Positions 10,032-20,630 of a DNA stretch of 64,000 bases are shown here, one piece after another. The translations under genes and the position numbers were made by a program. Every line of letters starts with the position of its first letter. Positions within the stretch are counted from its first letter, which is position 1. The notes below the pieces were generated by a model. The model was given only the letters and a program-made list of their open reading frames with translations, did no database searches and was not told the origin of the DNA. The stretch is from Victivallaceae bacterium (GTDB lineage: Bacteria > Verrucomicrobiota > Lentisphaeria > Victivallales > Victivallaceae), in contig JAZONW010000015.1 of NCBI GenBank assembly GCA_045654745.1, positions 2,250 through 66,249 of the forward strand, read 5' to 3'.

Positions 10032-11021
10032 TTATTCCGCGCTGGTGGCAACGGGGACGAAAATCGGTTCGTTGGCTTTGATCATATCGCCTTTGACAGA
10101 CGGATTGTGTTTGCGGATAAACTCAACAGTGGTGTTGTGTTTTTTGGCAAAATCATCAACCGAAATATCTTCTTCGGCAACGACAGGAGTAGTTTCCTGG
10201 GCGATATCGGCGTCAGCTTCCACTGTGACCGGTTCTGTAACGGCAGTTTCAGGTGCGGTGACAGGAGTTTCAGCTGCAGTTGCAGTGTCGGGCACGACAA
10301 CAGGAGTCAAAGCCGGTTCGGCGGTGTCAACAGCCGGAGTCTGGACCGGTTCAACAGTTTTGCCGGCGGTGGTTTTGCCGGGGATGATCAGTTTGTCGCC
10401 TACCTGCATCCGTCTGGCGGATTCAGAAGTGAGATTGTTGACTTTCATAAGTTCCGTCAGTTTGACATTGTTGCGTCTGGCAATGCGTTCGGGAGTGTCG
10501 CCGGATTTGACGACGTAAAAACCGTCAGCATCGAGTTTGACCGCAGTTTTTTTGCCGGAATCGGTGTTTTTTGCACTGACTTTTTTAATGGTCTTGCCAT
10601 CGGGAATGATCAGTTTTTTGCCGATGCGGAGACGTTTGGCATTTTTGGATGTCAAATTGTTGACGGACATCAGGTCTGTGAGTTTCACACCGTGCATCTG
10701 GGCGATTCTACCGAGGGTGTCGCCCTTTTTGACGATGTATTCACCGCCTTTGGCGGCTTTGCCGGGGATTTCACCGACGCCGCCGGAAGAAACGACACCG
10801 GTCATAGGTTCAAATGCCATCGCGGGGGCATCAGTTTTGGCAACTTCGGGCTGTGCCGGGAGATCAACGATTTCATTCTGGATGGGGGCAACAGTGATTG
10901 GTTTCGGGTCATCGATCGCAGCCGGGACATATCCCCGGTTGCCCATCACATCATTATCAAAATCAAAGCAACCCACGACTGCCAACAAACCGGCAACTGC
11001 CACCAACAATTTTTTGTCCAT
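10032..11021 (-). CDS. LysM-repeat lipoprotein (peptidoglycan-binding)
   Basis: Lipobox LAVVGC. Two clear LysM units (YIVKKGDTLGRIAQMHGVKLTDLMSVNNL... and YVVKSGDTPERIARRNNVKLTELMKVNNL...) and a degenerate third at the C-terminus. A P/T/A/E-rich linker joins them. Confidence 0.85.
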   Translation of the reverse strand: MDKKLLVAVAGLLAVVGCFDFDNDVMGNRGYVPAAIDDPKPITVAPIQNEIVDLPAQPEVAKTDAPAMAFEPMTGVVSSGGVGEIPGKAAKGGEYIVKKGDTLGRIAQMHGVKLTDLMSVNNLTSKNAKRLRIGKKLIIPDGKTIKKVSAKNTDSGKKTAVKLDADGFYVVKSGDTPERIARRNNVKLTELMKVNNLTSESARRMQVGDKLIIPGKTTAGKTVEPVQTPAVDTAEPALTPVVVPDTATAAETPVTAPETAVTEPVTVEADADIAQETTPVVAEEDISVDDFAKKHNTTVEFIRKHNPSVKGDMIKANEPIFVPVATSAE

Positions 11022-11161
11022 GAAAATTTTCCTTTGCTGCTTGCCGGTAATCCGGCGTTGTTAATGTAAAGATTTCTGACACATAAATATAATATAAAAA
11101 AGCAAGTGCATAATGTCAACGCAAAAGTCTATAAAAAAGCAAAAAAAATCACTTTTTTTTA

Positions 11162-13039
11162 TCAATGGTCGCGCTTCTCTGCCAGTTCTGCCCAGCGGTC
11201 GATGGATTTATCCAGTGTTTCGCGTAAAAAATCCAATTCTTTTTGCATTTTCGGCTGTTCTTTGCCGTGTCTGGCATAAAAATCAGGTTGCGAAAAAACA
11301 GTTTCCATTGCGGCTATTTTTTCTTCGAGTTCCGGGATTTCCTTTTCCAGATTTTCCAGTTCCCGGTTTTCGCGGAAAGTCAATCCGCTTTGGGGTTTGT
11401 TTTTTGGTTGTACTGTTTTTTCCGGGATAGTTTTATTCTCTTTGACGGCGGTTTCATTTTCCGGAAAGAGTTGTTTTATTTTTGCCTGATATTCCTCATA
11501 TCCGCCGAGAGAAAAGACCGCTTTGCCGTTGTGGAAACCGATGACAGCATCGCAGACCCGGTTAATGAAATAGCGGTCGTGACTGACAACGATAACAGTG
11601 CCGGGGAAGTTTTCGATGGATTCTTCCAGCATCCGCAGGGAGGAGAGATCAAGGTCATTGGTCGGTTCGTCGATGATAAGCAGGTTGCCTCCCTCCTTGA
11701 ATTGTTTTGCCAGAATGAGCCGTGCTTTTTCGCCGCCTGAAAGATATTGTATTCTGGTATTGATCCTGTCGTCCTCAAAAAGGTATCTGCGCAGGTATTC
11801 CCGTACAGAAACTCTGCCTTCGGGGGTGGTTATGTAATCGACCCCGCCGGAAATTTCCTCATATACAGTTTTGGAATTATCCAGAGCCACCCGGTGCTGG
11901 TCGATGTAATTCATTTCCACTGCCGGAGCTGTTTTGACACTCCCGCTTATTGGTGGTGTCTGACCTGAAATGATCGAAAGCAACGTGCTTTTGCCGGTGC
12001 CGTTGTTGCCAACGATGCCGAGTTTCATCCCCGGAGTGATTTCCAGATCAAAGGCATCAAAGAGTATTCTTTTTCCGAAACCTGCCTGCAAACCGGATAA
12101 TTCCAGACATCGGTCCCCCAGTCGGGCAGGGGGGAGCAGGATCGGCTTGATTTCCCCGGTTTTCACCGGAGAAGATACCGCAGAAACTTCCTGAAAACGT
12201 TTCAATCTGCCGAGGTTGCGTTTCAAGCGGGCTTTGGGGGAACGCCTCACCCAGTCGATTTCTGAACGCAGGAAACGCTGGCGTTTGCTTTCCAGAGCAT
12301 CGGCCCGGTATTCTCTTTCGGATTTCTGGTGCAGAAATTCGGCATATCCGCCGTCACTGCTGAAAAATTTACCGTTGTCCAGTTCGATCACCCGATGGGC
12401 GATGCGATCGAGGAAATAGCGGTCGTGGGTGACAAACAAACACGCTCCGCGATAACGGGCGAGATATTCCTCGATCCATTCGATCGCGCCGATATCCAGA
12501 TGGTTGGTAGGTTCATCCAGCAGCAGGAGATCGGGTTCGGAAATCACCGCCGCCGCCAGTGCGACCCGCCGTTGCTCTCCGCCGGAAAGGAGCGATATCC
12601 TGCTGTCGGGATGAGGCAGATGCAGTGCGTCGGAAACGGCATCTATCCGGGGCTGCAGATGCCAGGCATCGTGGTAATTCAAGAGGTTTTCGATGTGCGA
12701 AGCCTCGTTGCTGCCCGGCGGCAGGGATTCATAACGCTTTATAAGAGATTGAAAAAATCCGGTGCCTTCCAGCAGTACTTCCCGGACGGTTATCTCCGGA
12801 GTGAGCAGAAAATCCTGCCGCAATATCCCCACCCGCAAATCTCTGCGCCGGTTGATAGAGCCTGCCGGAGGAATATTTCTGCCGCAGATAATATCCAGCA
12901 AAGTGCTTTTGCCGCAACCGTTTCTGCCGACCAGAGCGACTCTTTCGTTTTCGTGCACAGCGAGGGATGCCGAGTCAAAAATGACTTGTTTCCCAATGGA
13001 TAGTGATATATCAGTACATTGCCAGATTACTTCAGCCAT
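11162..13039 (-). CDS. ABC-F family ATPase (Uup-like, C-terminal coiled coil)
   Basis: Two ABC cassettes (GRNGCGKST and GNNGTGKST Walker A, LSGGE signatures, LLLLDEPTNHLD and LLIIDEPTNDLD Walker B). No TM domain. 625 aa. Confidence 0.9.
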   Translation of the reverse strand: MAEVIWQCTDISLSIGKQVIFDSASLAVHENERVALVGRNGCGKSTLLDIICGRNIPPAGSINRRRDLRVGILRQDFLLTPEITVREVLLEGTGFFQSLIKRYESLPPGSNEASHIENLLNYHDAWHLQPRIDAVSDALHLPHPDSRISLLSGGEQRRVALAAAVISEPDLLLLDEPTNHLDIGAIEWIEEYLARYRGACLFVTHDRYFLDRIAHRVIELDNGKFFSSDGGYAEFLHQKSEREYRADALESKRQRFLRSEIDWVRRSPKARLKRNLGRLKRFQEVSAVSSPVKTGEIKPILLPPARLGDRCLELSGLQAGFGKRILFDAFDLEITPGMKLGIVGNNGTGKSTLLSIISGQTPPISGSVKTAPAVEMNYIDQHRVALDNSKTVYEEISGGVDYITTPEGRVSVREYLRRYLFEDDRINTRIQYLSGGEKARLILAKQFKEGGNLLIIDEPTNDLDLSSLRMLEESIENFPGTVIVVSHDRYFINRVCDAVIGFHNGKAVFSLGGYEEYQAKIKQLFPENETAVKENKTIPEKTVQPKNKPQSGLTFRENRELENLEKEIPELEEKIAAMETVFSQPDFYARHGKEQPKMQKELDFLRETLDKSIDRWAELAEKRDH

Positions 13040-13041
13040 AA

Positions 13042-15150
13042 TTATTTGGGAAATTTGATGATTTTAGGCTCAAGCGGAGCAAAGAAGATTTCTTTTTTGC
13101 CGGCGGCGGTGTCAAGAGAAACAGTTTTGCTGAATCCATCCAGATTGATGATGAGCAGTATGATTTCTTTTTCATCCTCTCTGGCGGCAGCCGCAAAGCG
13201 GACAGGGATTTTACGCAAGAAATCACGGGCTGGCTTTTTTGTCAGAAAATCCCGGGAGAATTTCTGTAATTCAATACCTATGCCCTGGTATAAAGACCAT
13301 ATGCGGGTATTGTCAGCGGGGATGCCGCCGTGCCCCATATGAAAGATGGTTCCGGCAAAATCATTGAGCAAAGCCAGATAAGCTCCGGCGTAGAGTTCTT
13401 CGGCGGTGCGGTCGCGGGGCGACGGGACACTCGCTCCGAGCCAGATTATCAGGGGTTTGTCAGGCAGTTCGCGCCGGATATTTTTCAAATCCCGGTCAAG
13501 GTGCAGCAGCATATCTTTGGAGTAGCCGCTTTCCCAGGCGGCAATTTCAAGTGCATCGCACAAGTGTGATAATTCCTGCAAAACAGGAATGGAATGGCTG
13601 TGGGTGGAAACTATCGCCTGCGGATGTACTTCCCGTAAAGTTTGTGCAGTAGCGGAGTAGTATTGCAAAAGAGGTATTTGCTGATTTTCGAGGTAAAGCG
13701 GCATATGACATTCGTAACTCAATCTGAAAATCCTGTTTTCAGGTGAGATATTACGCATTTTTTCTGCTATTATACTTTTGAAACCGGGATCAATTTTGAA
13801 ACCTGCTCCGGGCCGGTAGGTCATTTTTTTGCCGGGAAGCCCGGTCAGGATCGTCCCGAATGGATGATGTCCGAAATTTCCGGTGCGGAAATTGAAAAAT
13901 TCTCCCGAAACAGGCACCTTTGAAGTAGAACTGCTGGTGCCGAGCAGAAACTCTTTTTTGCCGTCAAGCGAAAAGAATTTTCCATCTGTTTGGAAATCAG
14001 GGCTTTTTTGCCGTTCAATCAGTTTATCATCTGCGGATACAATGTGAAATATTCTTGAGGCGTGATGTTTACCCGATGCCAGTTTGAAATAATATTTTCC
14101 GGGCGGCAGATCAAGTTTTACTTTGCCTTGAGAGGCAGACGGGATAGTGAGCAGAGTTTGGTTGTTTTCATCGGCAAGGGTGATGACGGCACCGGGAGGA
14201 CAACTGTGAGCAAACGAGAGAGATTCTCCACGGCGGTAGTAGAAACGGTCAATATCAAAGTGTGCAGCCGGATAGACAACTGCAAAACCGTCGAAATTCA
14301 GTTCGCAGTTTACGCCGGTAAAAAGGGTCTGACAGATCCACGGTATGGCATTGATTTTTATCTGATGAAAAAATCTTTTGTGTCCGATTTCATTGCCGTC
14401 AAGTTTGATTTCCACTGCTTTGTCAGTCAGATAACTGGAGGTTTTGCCGTTGACTTCCACAGAGTAACGGACATAATCAGCCTGCTCAAAATTTGCTTTG
14501 ATGACCAGAGTGTTGTTATCTTTGACATAGAGCCGGGAAAAAACCGGGATGTTTTCGCCGTCAAAACGCAATTCACCAAGCTGCTCGATCGAGTGATAAT
14601 TGACTGCGTTTGACCAGCAGGCGGACGGAATGCCGGAAGATTCGCGGGAAACGGCAAAATTGGCTTTCCAGATGCTTTTATCTGCCGGCGTTTTTTCTCC
14701 GAGATCGGCAAACGGTATGACAAACCGGCTTTGCCATTTGCCGTTACTTACCGAAGTGGAGGCCGAAACGGAATTCTGCCACGAAGTATCCCGCTTTCTG
14801 GCAGTGTAAAGTACCCCGTCCGGACTGATGGCAATGTGATAATATATGCCGCTTTGTGGTCGCGGAGCGAGTATTACTTCCATTGTTTCTCCGGCAAAAA
14901 TCATTTCCGGCTTGCGGATGTTTCTGCCCGGAGATCTAAGAGTCTCACCGGGGGCGAGATCACAGGAAATTGCCACATACAAATTTTTGCTGTCACGGGA
15001 AATATCTGCTTCACAGTGAAATGAACTGATCACTCCTGAACTGGTAAAGCCGGAAATTTTTGCCGTCCTGCCGGGGGCAAGTGACAGCTGGGCCGCCAAT
15101 GCAGTAAAACCAAGGAACAAGAGCTGCAGAAATAAGAAACGCTTTGTCAT
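13042..15150 (-). CDS. Secreted protein with CBM9/DOMON-like N-terminal domain, putative glycan-active enzyme
   Basis: Signal peptide MTKRFLFLQLLFLGFTALAA. The N-terminal 200 aa follow the pattern of carbohydrate-binding family 9-like domains. The rest is unassigned. Confidence 0.4.
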   Translation of the reverse strand: MTKRFLFLQLLFLGFTALAAQLSLAPGRTAKISGFTSSGVISSFHCEADISRDSKNLYVAISCDLAPGETLRSPGRNIRKPEMIFAGETMEVILAPRPQSGIYYHIAISPDGVLYTARKRDTSWQNSVSASTSVSNGKWQSRFVIPFADLGEKTPADKSIWKANFAVSRESSGIPSACWSNAVNYHSIEQLGELRFDGENIPVFSRLYVKDNNTLVIKANFEQADYVRYSVEVNGKTSSYLTDKAVEIKLDGNEIGHKRFFHQIKINAIPWICQTLFTGVNCELNFDGFAVVYPAAHFDIDRFYYRRGESLSFAHSCPPGAVITLADENNQTLLTIPSASQGKVKLDLPPGKYYFKLASGKHHASRIFHIVSADDKLIERQKSPDFQTDGKFFSLDGKKEFLLGTSSSTSKVPVSGEFFNFRTGNFGHHPFGTILTGLPGKKMTYRPGAGFKIDPGFKSIIAEKMRNISPENRIFRLSYECHMPLYLENQQIPLLQYYSATAQTLREVHPQAIVSTHSHSIPVLQELSHLCDALEIAAWESGYSKDMLLHLDRDLKNIRRELPDKPLIIWLGASVPSPRDRTAEELYAGAYLALLNDFAGTIFHMGHGGIPADNTRIWSLYQGIGIELQKFSRDFLTKKPARDFLRKIPVRFAAAAREDEKEIILLIINLDGFSKTVSLDTAAGKKEIFFAPLEPKIIKFPK

Positions 15151-15179
15151 CGCCGTTTACCGCAAGTATCCTGTATCGG

Positions 15180-15953
15180 TCAACGGCGTACCGGGATCCC
15201 GGAAGCCGCCAGACCTTCTTTGATTGATGCACAGGTGAAATCTCCGCTGTGTACAATAGAAGCGACCAGGGCCGCACTGGCTTTGCCGGTAGTCAGGACT
15301 TCAGTGAGATGAGATATTTCCCCGGCACCGCCGGAAGCAATGACCGGTACCGGTACAGCTTCGGAAATCATTCTTGTGATATCCAGTTCGTAACCGTTGC
15401 GGACACCGTCAGTATCAATGGAATTCAGACAGATTTCCCCGGCGCCGAGATCGACAGCTTTTTTTGCCCATTCCACCGCATCCAGGCCTTCGGGTTTCCT
15501 GCCGCCGCGGGTGACGACTTCGTAGCCGGAAGGAATCTTTGCCGACACCGGGACTTTCAGTGCGTCCATACCCAGCACCACGCATTGACTGCCAAAGGCT
15601 TTTGCTCCTTCTTTGAGGACATCAGGACGATCCACTGCGAGGGAATTGAGAGATACTTTGTCAGCTCCCGCCAGCAAAGCCATACGCATATCCGCTACAC
15701 TTCTGATGCCGCCGCCTACAGTAAAGGGGATAAAGACTTCTTCGGCGACGTGGCGGACCATTTCGATATCGATACTGCGGTTTTCCGCTGAAGCGGTAAT
15801 ATCGTAAAAAACCAGTTCGTCCACGCCGTCTTCGCAGTAGCGTTTAGCCATTTCGACCGGGTCGCCCAAGTCGATGTTTCCCTGAAACCGCACGCCTTTG
15901 GTCACTTTGCGGTTGCGTACATCAAGACATACGATCAAGCGTTTCAACAGCAT
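15180..15953 (-). CDS. hisF: Imidazole glycerol phosphate synthase, cyclase subunit
   Basis: MLLKRLIVCLDV...GADKVSLNS...ASGGAG. A canonical 257-aa HisF. Confidence 0.95.
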   Translation of the reverse strand: MLLKRLIVCLDVRNRKVTKGVRFQGNIDLGDPVEMAKRYCEDGVDELVFYDITASAENRSIDIEMVRHVAEEVFIPFTVGGGIRSVADMRMALLAGADKVSLNSLAVDRPDVLKEGAKAFGSQCVVLGMDALKVPVSAKIPSGYEVVTRGGRKPEGLDAVEWAKKAVDLGAGEICLNSIDTDGVRNGYELDITRMISEAVPVPVIASGGAGEISHLTEVLTTGKASAALVASIVHSGDFTCASIKEGLAASGIPVRR

Positions 15954-16576
15954 TTTTCCGGTCTCCAGGTCAAAAAGTTTTCAAGTATGGCAAGTCCGGC
16001 TTTGCCGCTGCGCTCCGGGTGAAATTGGGTGGCAAAAAAAGAGCCTGCCGCCGCCGCAGATACGAAACGGAAATTTTCATATTCAGTCGTGCCGGCCGCA
16101 TTTTCTTTGCGGCAGTCAACATAATAGGAGTGGACAAAGTAAAATGCACTGCCGTCAGGGATGCCCTGCCACAGCGGATGCGGCATAGAGAAATCAACGG
16201 TATTCCACCCCATATGCGGTATTTTGATGCTCTTGTCTGCGAAATCAAAAAGTTTGACACATCCCGGAATCATAGAGAGGGCTTCCACGCCTCCGTCTTC
16301 GGCACTGCTTTCAAAAAGCAGCTGCATACCGAGACATATCGACAGCACCGGGGTGTTTCTCGCCATAAGATCTTTGAGCAGAATATCGAACTTGTGTTTT
16401 TTCATACCGGCAAGTCCGCTTGCCGCAGAACCGACTCCGGGAAAAACCACCCGGTCAGCCTGCGATGCAACGGCGGCATCTGCAGTTACTGTGACATCCG
16501 CACCGATATGCTTGAATGCCAGTTCCACACTGGTGAGATTTCCGGCACCGTAATCAAGGATCGCTGTCATAATCAC
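15944..16576 (-). CDS. hisH: Imidazole glycerol phosphate synthase, glutamine amidotransferase subunit
   Basis: Class I GATase with ICLGMQLL (Cys), FHPE (His) and a VFPGVG motif. Overlaps hisF by 10 nt. Confidence 0.95.
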   Translation of the reverse strand: MIMTAILDYGAGNLTSVELAFKHIGADVTVTADAAVASQADRVVFPGVGSAASGLAGMKKHKFDILLKDLMARNTPVLSICLGMQLLFESSAEDGGVEALSMIPGCVKLFDFADKSIKIPHMGWNTVDFSMPHPLWQGIPDGSAFYFVHSYYVDCRKENAAGTTEYENFRFVSAAAAGSFFATQFHPERSGKAGLAILENFLTWRPEKCC

Positions 16577-17463
16577 ATCACCGAATCAGGACGGACGATC
16601 TGGGTGCCGACACCGCTGGAGGTGAAAATTTCCAGCAAAAGAGAATGGGTCAGTCTGCCGTCGATCATATGGACTTTGTTGATCCCGGCATCGAGGGCTT
16701 CCACACAACTGGCGATTTTGGGCAGCATCCCGCCGGAAATAACTTCCTGCCGGATAAGTTCATCGATATCAGTAGTGCGGATGGTCGGGATCACCGAGGA
16801 TTCATCTTCTCTGTCAGAGAGTATTCCGGGGACATCGCTCATAAAGACCAGCTTGCGGGCGTGAACTCCTTCGGCGATCTTGCAGGCGGCAACATCGGCG
16901 TTGATATTGTAAACCTGACCGTCTTTGCCTACGCCGAGGGGAGTGATGACGGGGATGAAACCGGTGGCGAGAGCTTCCATGATGGGAGTTACATTCACAC
17001 CGGTGACTTCACCGACAAAGCCGATTTCCTCTTTTTTGCCGGTAGCGGGATCGACCGCAAAGGTTTTCTGGGCTTTCAGCACCTGCTTGCCGGAAATACC
17101 GCACATTTTGCCGCCGGCTGAACCGCCCAGATCAAGCAGCATACGGTTGACCTGATTGTGCAGTACATCGTCGACGATTTTGATAGTATCAGCACAGGTA
17201 TAACGCAAACCGTGGACAAATTTCACCGGGATGTCGTGTTTTTTCAATTCAGCTGAAATCGCTTTGCCGCCGCCGTGGACAACTATCGGGCGGATACCGA
17301 TGGCTTCGAGCATAACTACATCGCACATCGTGCGGCGGACGAGTTCGGGATCTTCCATAGCACTGCCGCCGAATTTGATCACCATAAGTGAGTTGCGGAA
17401 ATGCTGGATATAGGGCAGGGCTTCCACCAGGACATTGGCTTTAGCGATGAAATCATTGATCAT
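16573..17463 (-). CDS. argB: Acetylglutamate kinase
   Basis: VIKFGGSAM...VVHGGG...NINAD motifs, 296 aa. Overlaps hisH by 4 nt. Confidence 0.93.
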   Translation of the reverse strand: MINDFIAKANVLVEALPYIQHFRNSLMVIKFGGSAMEDPELVRRTMCDVVMLEAIGIRPIVVHGGGKAISAELKKHDIPVKFVHGLRYTCADTIKIVDDVLHNQVNRMLLDLGGSAGGKMCGISGKQVLKAQKTFAVDPATGKKEEIGFVGEVTGVNVTPIMEALATGFIPVITPLGVGKDGQVYNINADVAACKIAEGVHARKLVFMSDVPGILSDREDESSVIPTIRTTDIDELIRQEVISGGMLPKIASCVEALDAGINKVHMIDGRLTHSLLLEIFTSSGVGTQIVRPDSVM

Positions 17464-17587
17464 AACAGTTTTTCTCCTTGTTGAAAATACTATTTTTATC
17501 CCGGGTTTAATATACAGCGTTTTTTCCGCTATCGCAAGTTTTTTTTGACCTTATTGCGCCAATGTCTGCCGCAAAGGTGGCGAAACC

Positions 17588-17616
17588 TTGAAAAATCGCT
17601 GTTTTTGTGGTATTTT
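17588..17616 (+). promoter_or_regulatory. Candidate sigma70-type promoter for lepA
   Basis: TTGAAA (17588-17593), 17-nt spacer, TATTTT (17611-16), about 50 nt upstream of the lepA ATG. Same CTTGAAAAA-type -35 as three other promoters in the window. Confidence 0.35.
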
Positions 17617-17664
17617 ATACAGATGAATGATGTATGAATATAAACAACAGGAAAAACTGTACCT

Positions 17665-19476
17665 ATGGCAGAAATATCCCGTATCAGAAACTTTTGCATT
17701 ATTGCCCATATCGACCACGGCAAGTCCACCCTCGCTGACCGGATGCTGGAAATAACCGGTACCGTCGCCAAGCGCGATTTGATGGAGCAGACTCTCGACG
17801 GTATGGATTTGGAACGTGAACGCGGCATCACCATCAAATCCCACCCGGTGCGTATGATCTATGATCCGGGTGACGGAGTTGAATACGAATTGAATCTCAT
17901 AGATACTCCGGGACACGTGGATTTTTCTTATGAAGTGAGCCGCAGTTTGAGTGCCTGCGAAGGTGCGGTTCTGCTCATTGATGCCACCCAGGGGGTACAG
18001 GCACAGACCGTTGCCAATGTCAATCTCGCATTCAAGGAAAATCTCAAAGTCATTCCCGTTATCAACAAGATCGATTTGCCGGCGGCAAATCTTGAATTGT
18101 GCTACACCCAGATGGAGGAGATACTTGCTCTGCCGCGCGAAGAGGCTCTGACAGTCAGCGGCAAGACCGGCGAAGGAGTGGAAGCGTTGTTGAAGCGTAT
18201 CATTGAAGTTGTCCCGTCGCCGGAAGAATCTTCCGAACCGGGGACCGCGGCACTTATTTTTGACTCTCAATACGATGTTTACCGGGGAGTGGTCAATTTT
18301 GTCCGGGTACAGCGCGGCAGTTTCAAACGCGGCACCAAAGTGAAACTTTTCAGCAACTCCATTTCCAGTGAAATCAAAGAGGTGGGGTTTTTCCATCCCG
18401 AAATGCAGGCGTCTGCTGAACTTACTGCCGGCAGTGTCGGTTATCTGATCCCCAATTTGAAAAATCCGGCGGATACCAAAATCGGAGATACCGTGACTGA
18501 TACCGCCAATCCGGCGGCTGAACCGCTGGCCGGTTTTCAGGAAGTCCGTCCGATGGTTTTCAGCGGTATTTATCCGATAGATACTGCGGATTACGATCAG
18601 TTGCGGGCAAGTATGGCAAAACTGCAGCTGAATGACGCTGCTTTTGTGTATCAGGCAGAGAGTTCTGCGGCACTTGGATTCGGTTTCCGTTGCGGATTTC
18701 TGGGACTGCTCCATATGGAGATCATCCAGGAAAGACTCCGGCGTGAATATAATATGGATATCATCACCACTTATCCGTCGGTGATCTATCACGTTTACCT
18801 GAAATCAGGCGAGATGATCTATCTGGACAACCCCGTTTATCTGCCTGACCCCAGCGGGATAGAAAGAATTGAAGAACCTTTTATCAAATGCCATTTGATG
18901 ACACCGTCGCAGTACATCGGTGATGTGATGAATCTGATGATGTCCAAACGCGGTATCTGTACCTCGACCGACAGTGTGGATGGCAATCAGGTCATTCTGA
19001 CCGCCAGTATGCCGATGCACGAAATATTGATCGACTTTCACGACAAACTCAAAACCATCACCCATGGTTACGGCAGTTTTGATTACGAGCCGGATGAATA
19101 CCGAGCCGGTAAACTGGTAAAACTGGATATTCTGGTCAATGGTGAGCCGGTGGATGCATTCAGTTCCATTGTTCACGCGGATATGGCTTACGAAAGAGGC
19201 AGAGAAATCGCCGAAAGATTAAAAGAAGCCATCCCCCCGCAGATGTTTCAGATTGCAGTACAGGCGGCGATAGGCGGCAAAGTCATCGCCCGCGACACGA
19301 CCCGCCAGCTGCGTAAAAACGTGCTTGCCAAATGCTACGGCGGTGATATTTCCCGTAAACGCAAACTGCTTGAAAAACAGAAAGAGGGTAAAAAGCGGAT
19401 GAAACTCATCGGGCAGGTGAATATCCCGCAGGAAGCCTTTGTTGCTGTTTTGAAAGCCCAGGAATTCAATCAGTGA
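17665..19476 (+). CDS. lepA: Elongation factor 4 (LepA)
   Basis: IRNFCIIAHIDHGKSTLADR, DTPGHVDF and NKID GTPase motifs, with a LepA C-terminal domain. 603 aa. Confidence 0.97.
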   Translation: MAEISRIRNFCIIAHIDHGKSTLADRMLEITGTVAKRDLMEQTLDGMDLERERGITIKSHPVRMIYDPGDGVEYELNLIDTPGHVDFSYEVSRSLSACEGAVLLIDATQGVQAQTVANVNLAFKENLKVIPVINKIDLPAANLELCYTQMEEILALPREEALTVSGKTGEGVEALLKRIIEVVPSPEESSEPGTAALIFDSQYDVYRGVVNFVRVQRGSFKRGTKVKLFSNSISSEIKEVGFFHPEMQASAELTAGSVGYLIPNLKNPADTKIGDTVTDTANPAAEPLAGFQEVRPMVFSGIYPIDTADYDQLRASMAKLQLNDAAFVYQAESSAALGFGFRCGFLGLLHMEIIQERLRREYNMDIITTYPSVIYHVYLKSGEMIYLDNPVYLPDPSGIERIEEPFIKCHLMTPSQYIGDVMNLMMSKRGICTSTDSVDGNQVILTASMPMHEILIDFHDKLKTITHGYGSFDYEPDEYRAGKLVKLDILVNGEPVDAFSSIVHADMAYERGREIAERLKEAIPPQMFQIAVQAAIGGKVIARDTTRQLRKNVLAKCYGGDISRKRKLLEKQKEGKKRMKLIGQVNIPQEAFVAVLKAQEFNQ

Positions 19477-20630
19477 TTGTCTTTTGATTTATCCGTATTC
19501 CGGGATTTTTTCGGGTCAACGAGTGCTGTCAGTTTGTAGTATTCTGCGATTTGTGTGTCTTTTTTATGAAAAAGACAGGTCAAGGAAGACAATTTGGCCA
19601 ATACGATTTTCAAGTATTCTGCGACAGTGATTTTTTCAGCAAAAGCATTAACAGATTTTTTTATGGATGATGGTTTCAGGTGAAGCAGGCGTTTTTGCCA
19701 CCACCTGAAACTGAATTTATCGGATTTGTTGATGACCCATTCAGCTCCCGGAGAATGATTCAGCTTGTTTTGGTAATCAAAAATTTTGCGGAATATTTCA
19801 GATTTTTGCCTGTCAAAACCGATTTGTACCAATATCGATTCATCAAAAAAATCCGGACAGGCACCGAGAATATCTCCGGGGTAAGCCAGTTGGCAATCTG
19901 AAGATATTTGTTTGAGGATATCGACATCGACAGAACTTTTTTTCAGCAGCCACCCGGCGTCAAGAATGAATTTGACAAATGGCATATGCAGATAATTATC
20001 CACGGCGAAATGGCTGGTCAGCAGGCATAAATTCAATTCCGCAGATAGCGTATATGCTGCATCATCAGGATTTGGAGTGATGTGATCCCAGAGGTATTCT
20101 GCCGGTTGGGCTTCGAATCCCGGCAGATGCTGATGTATTTCCAAAAGGATATTATTTTTTTTAAACGGCGGATAATGATGATAAGTTACATTTTCATATT
20201 TTTCTGCCGGTTCGGTTTTTTGCCAGTGATTTTTTTCCAGAAGTTGTATCGCTGCCGGGATATTGTCCGGATGGATCAGTATATCCCAGTCGCTGTATGA
20301 CCGCAGGGCAGGGTCAGGATAATAATTTACTGCCAGATCGCAGCCCTTGATAGGTGCAAACCGGATATTGTTTGAATGAAGAAGCTTGAAAAGTTCCTTG
20401 CGGTAAAAATCATTTTTCAAGGCAAATACCGCATTGAATTGATATTTCTGTTTGAATTTGACGGTAAATTCTTTCGGCAGATTTTTGTTAAAAAAATAGT
20501 AAAAATAGGCCTCAATTTTTTTGTCTGCCGCAAAACGGCAGAAATATTCTCTTTCTTTTTGGGGCAGACAAAGCCAATATCCGGAGGCATTACCGTCGAT
20601 AGTTTGTTTCAACAGATCCAACATAATCAT
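19470..20630 (-). CDS. Uncharacterised nucleotidyltransferase family protein (PF14907-like)
   Basis: IKGCDLAVNYYPDPALRSYSDWDILIHPDN matches the family's KG..la..lY.dp.lR...DiDlLv pattern. Last gene of the glycan operon. 4-nt overlap with the upstream gene. Confidence 0.55.
   Translation of the reverse strand: MIMLDLLKQTIDGNASGYWLCLPQKEREYFCRFAADKKIEAYFYYFFNKNLPKEFTVKFKQKYQFNAVFALKNDFYRKELFKLLHSNNIRFAPIKGCDLAVNYYPDPALRSYSDWDILIHPDNIPAAIQLLEKNHWQKTEPAEKYENVTYHHYPPFKKNNILLEIHQHLPGFEAQPAEYLWDHITPNPDDAAYTLSAELNLCLLTSHFAVDNYLHMPFVKFILDAGWLLKKSSVDVDILKQISSDCQLAYPGDILGACPDFFDESILVQIGFDRQKSEIFRKIFDYQNKLNHSPGAEWVINKSDKFSFRWWQKRLLHLKPSSIKKSVNAFAEKITVAEYLKIVLAKLSSLTCLFHKKDTQIAEYYKLTALVDPKKSRNTDKSKDNH

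Noticed and set aside
10107-11069. 320-aa plus-strand ORF (and 10045-10518, 10537-11064)
   Set aside because: These are antisense shadows of the LysM lipoprotein gene.
15180-16576. hisH-hisF as glycan-modifying WbuY/WbuZ-type amidotransferase pair
   Set aside because: They are fused in an operon with argB and separated from the glycan locus by lepA on the opposite strand. A housekeeping role is more parsimonious. The absence of hisA between them is noted but is not unusual enough to report.
16019-16864. 281-aa plus-strand ORF
   Set aside because: It is antisense to hisH and argB, both of which have unambiguous motifs.
17551-18792. 413-aa minus-strand ORF
   Set aside because: It is antisense to lepA, a shadow ORF.
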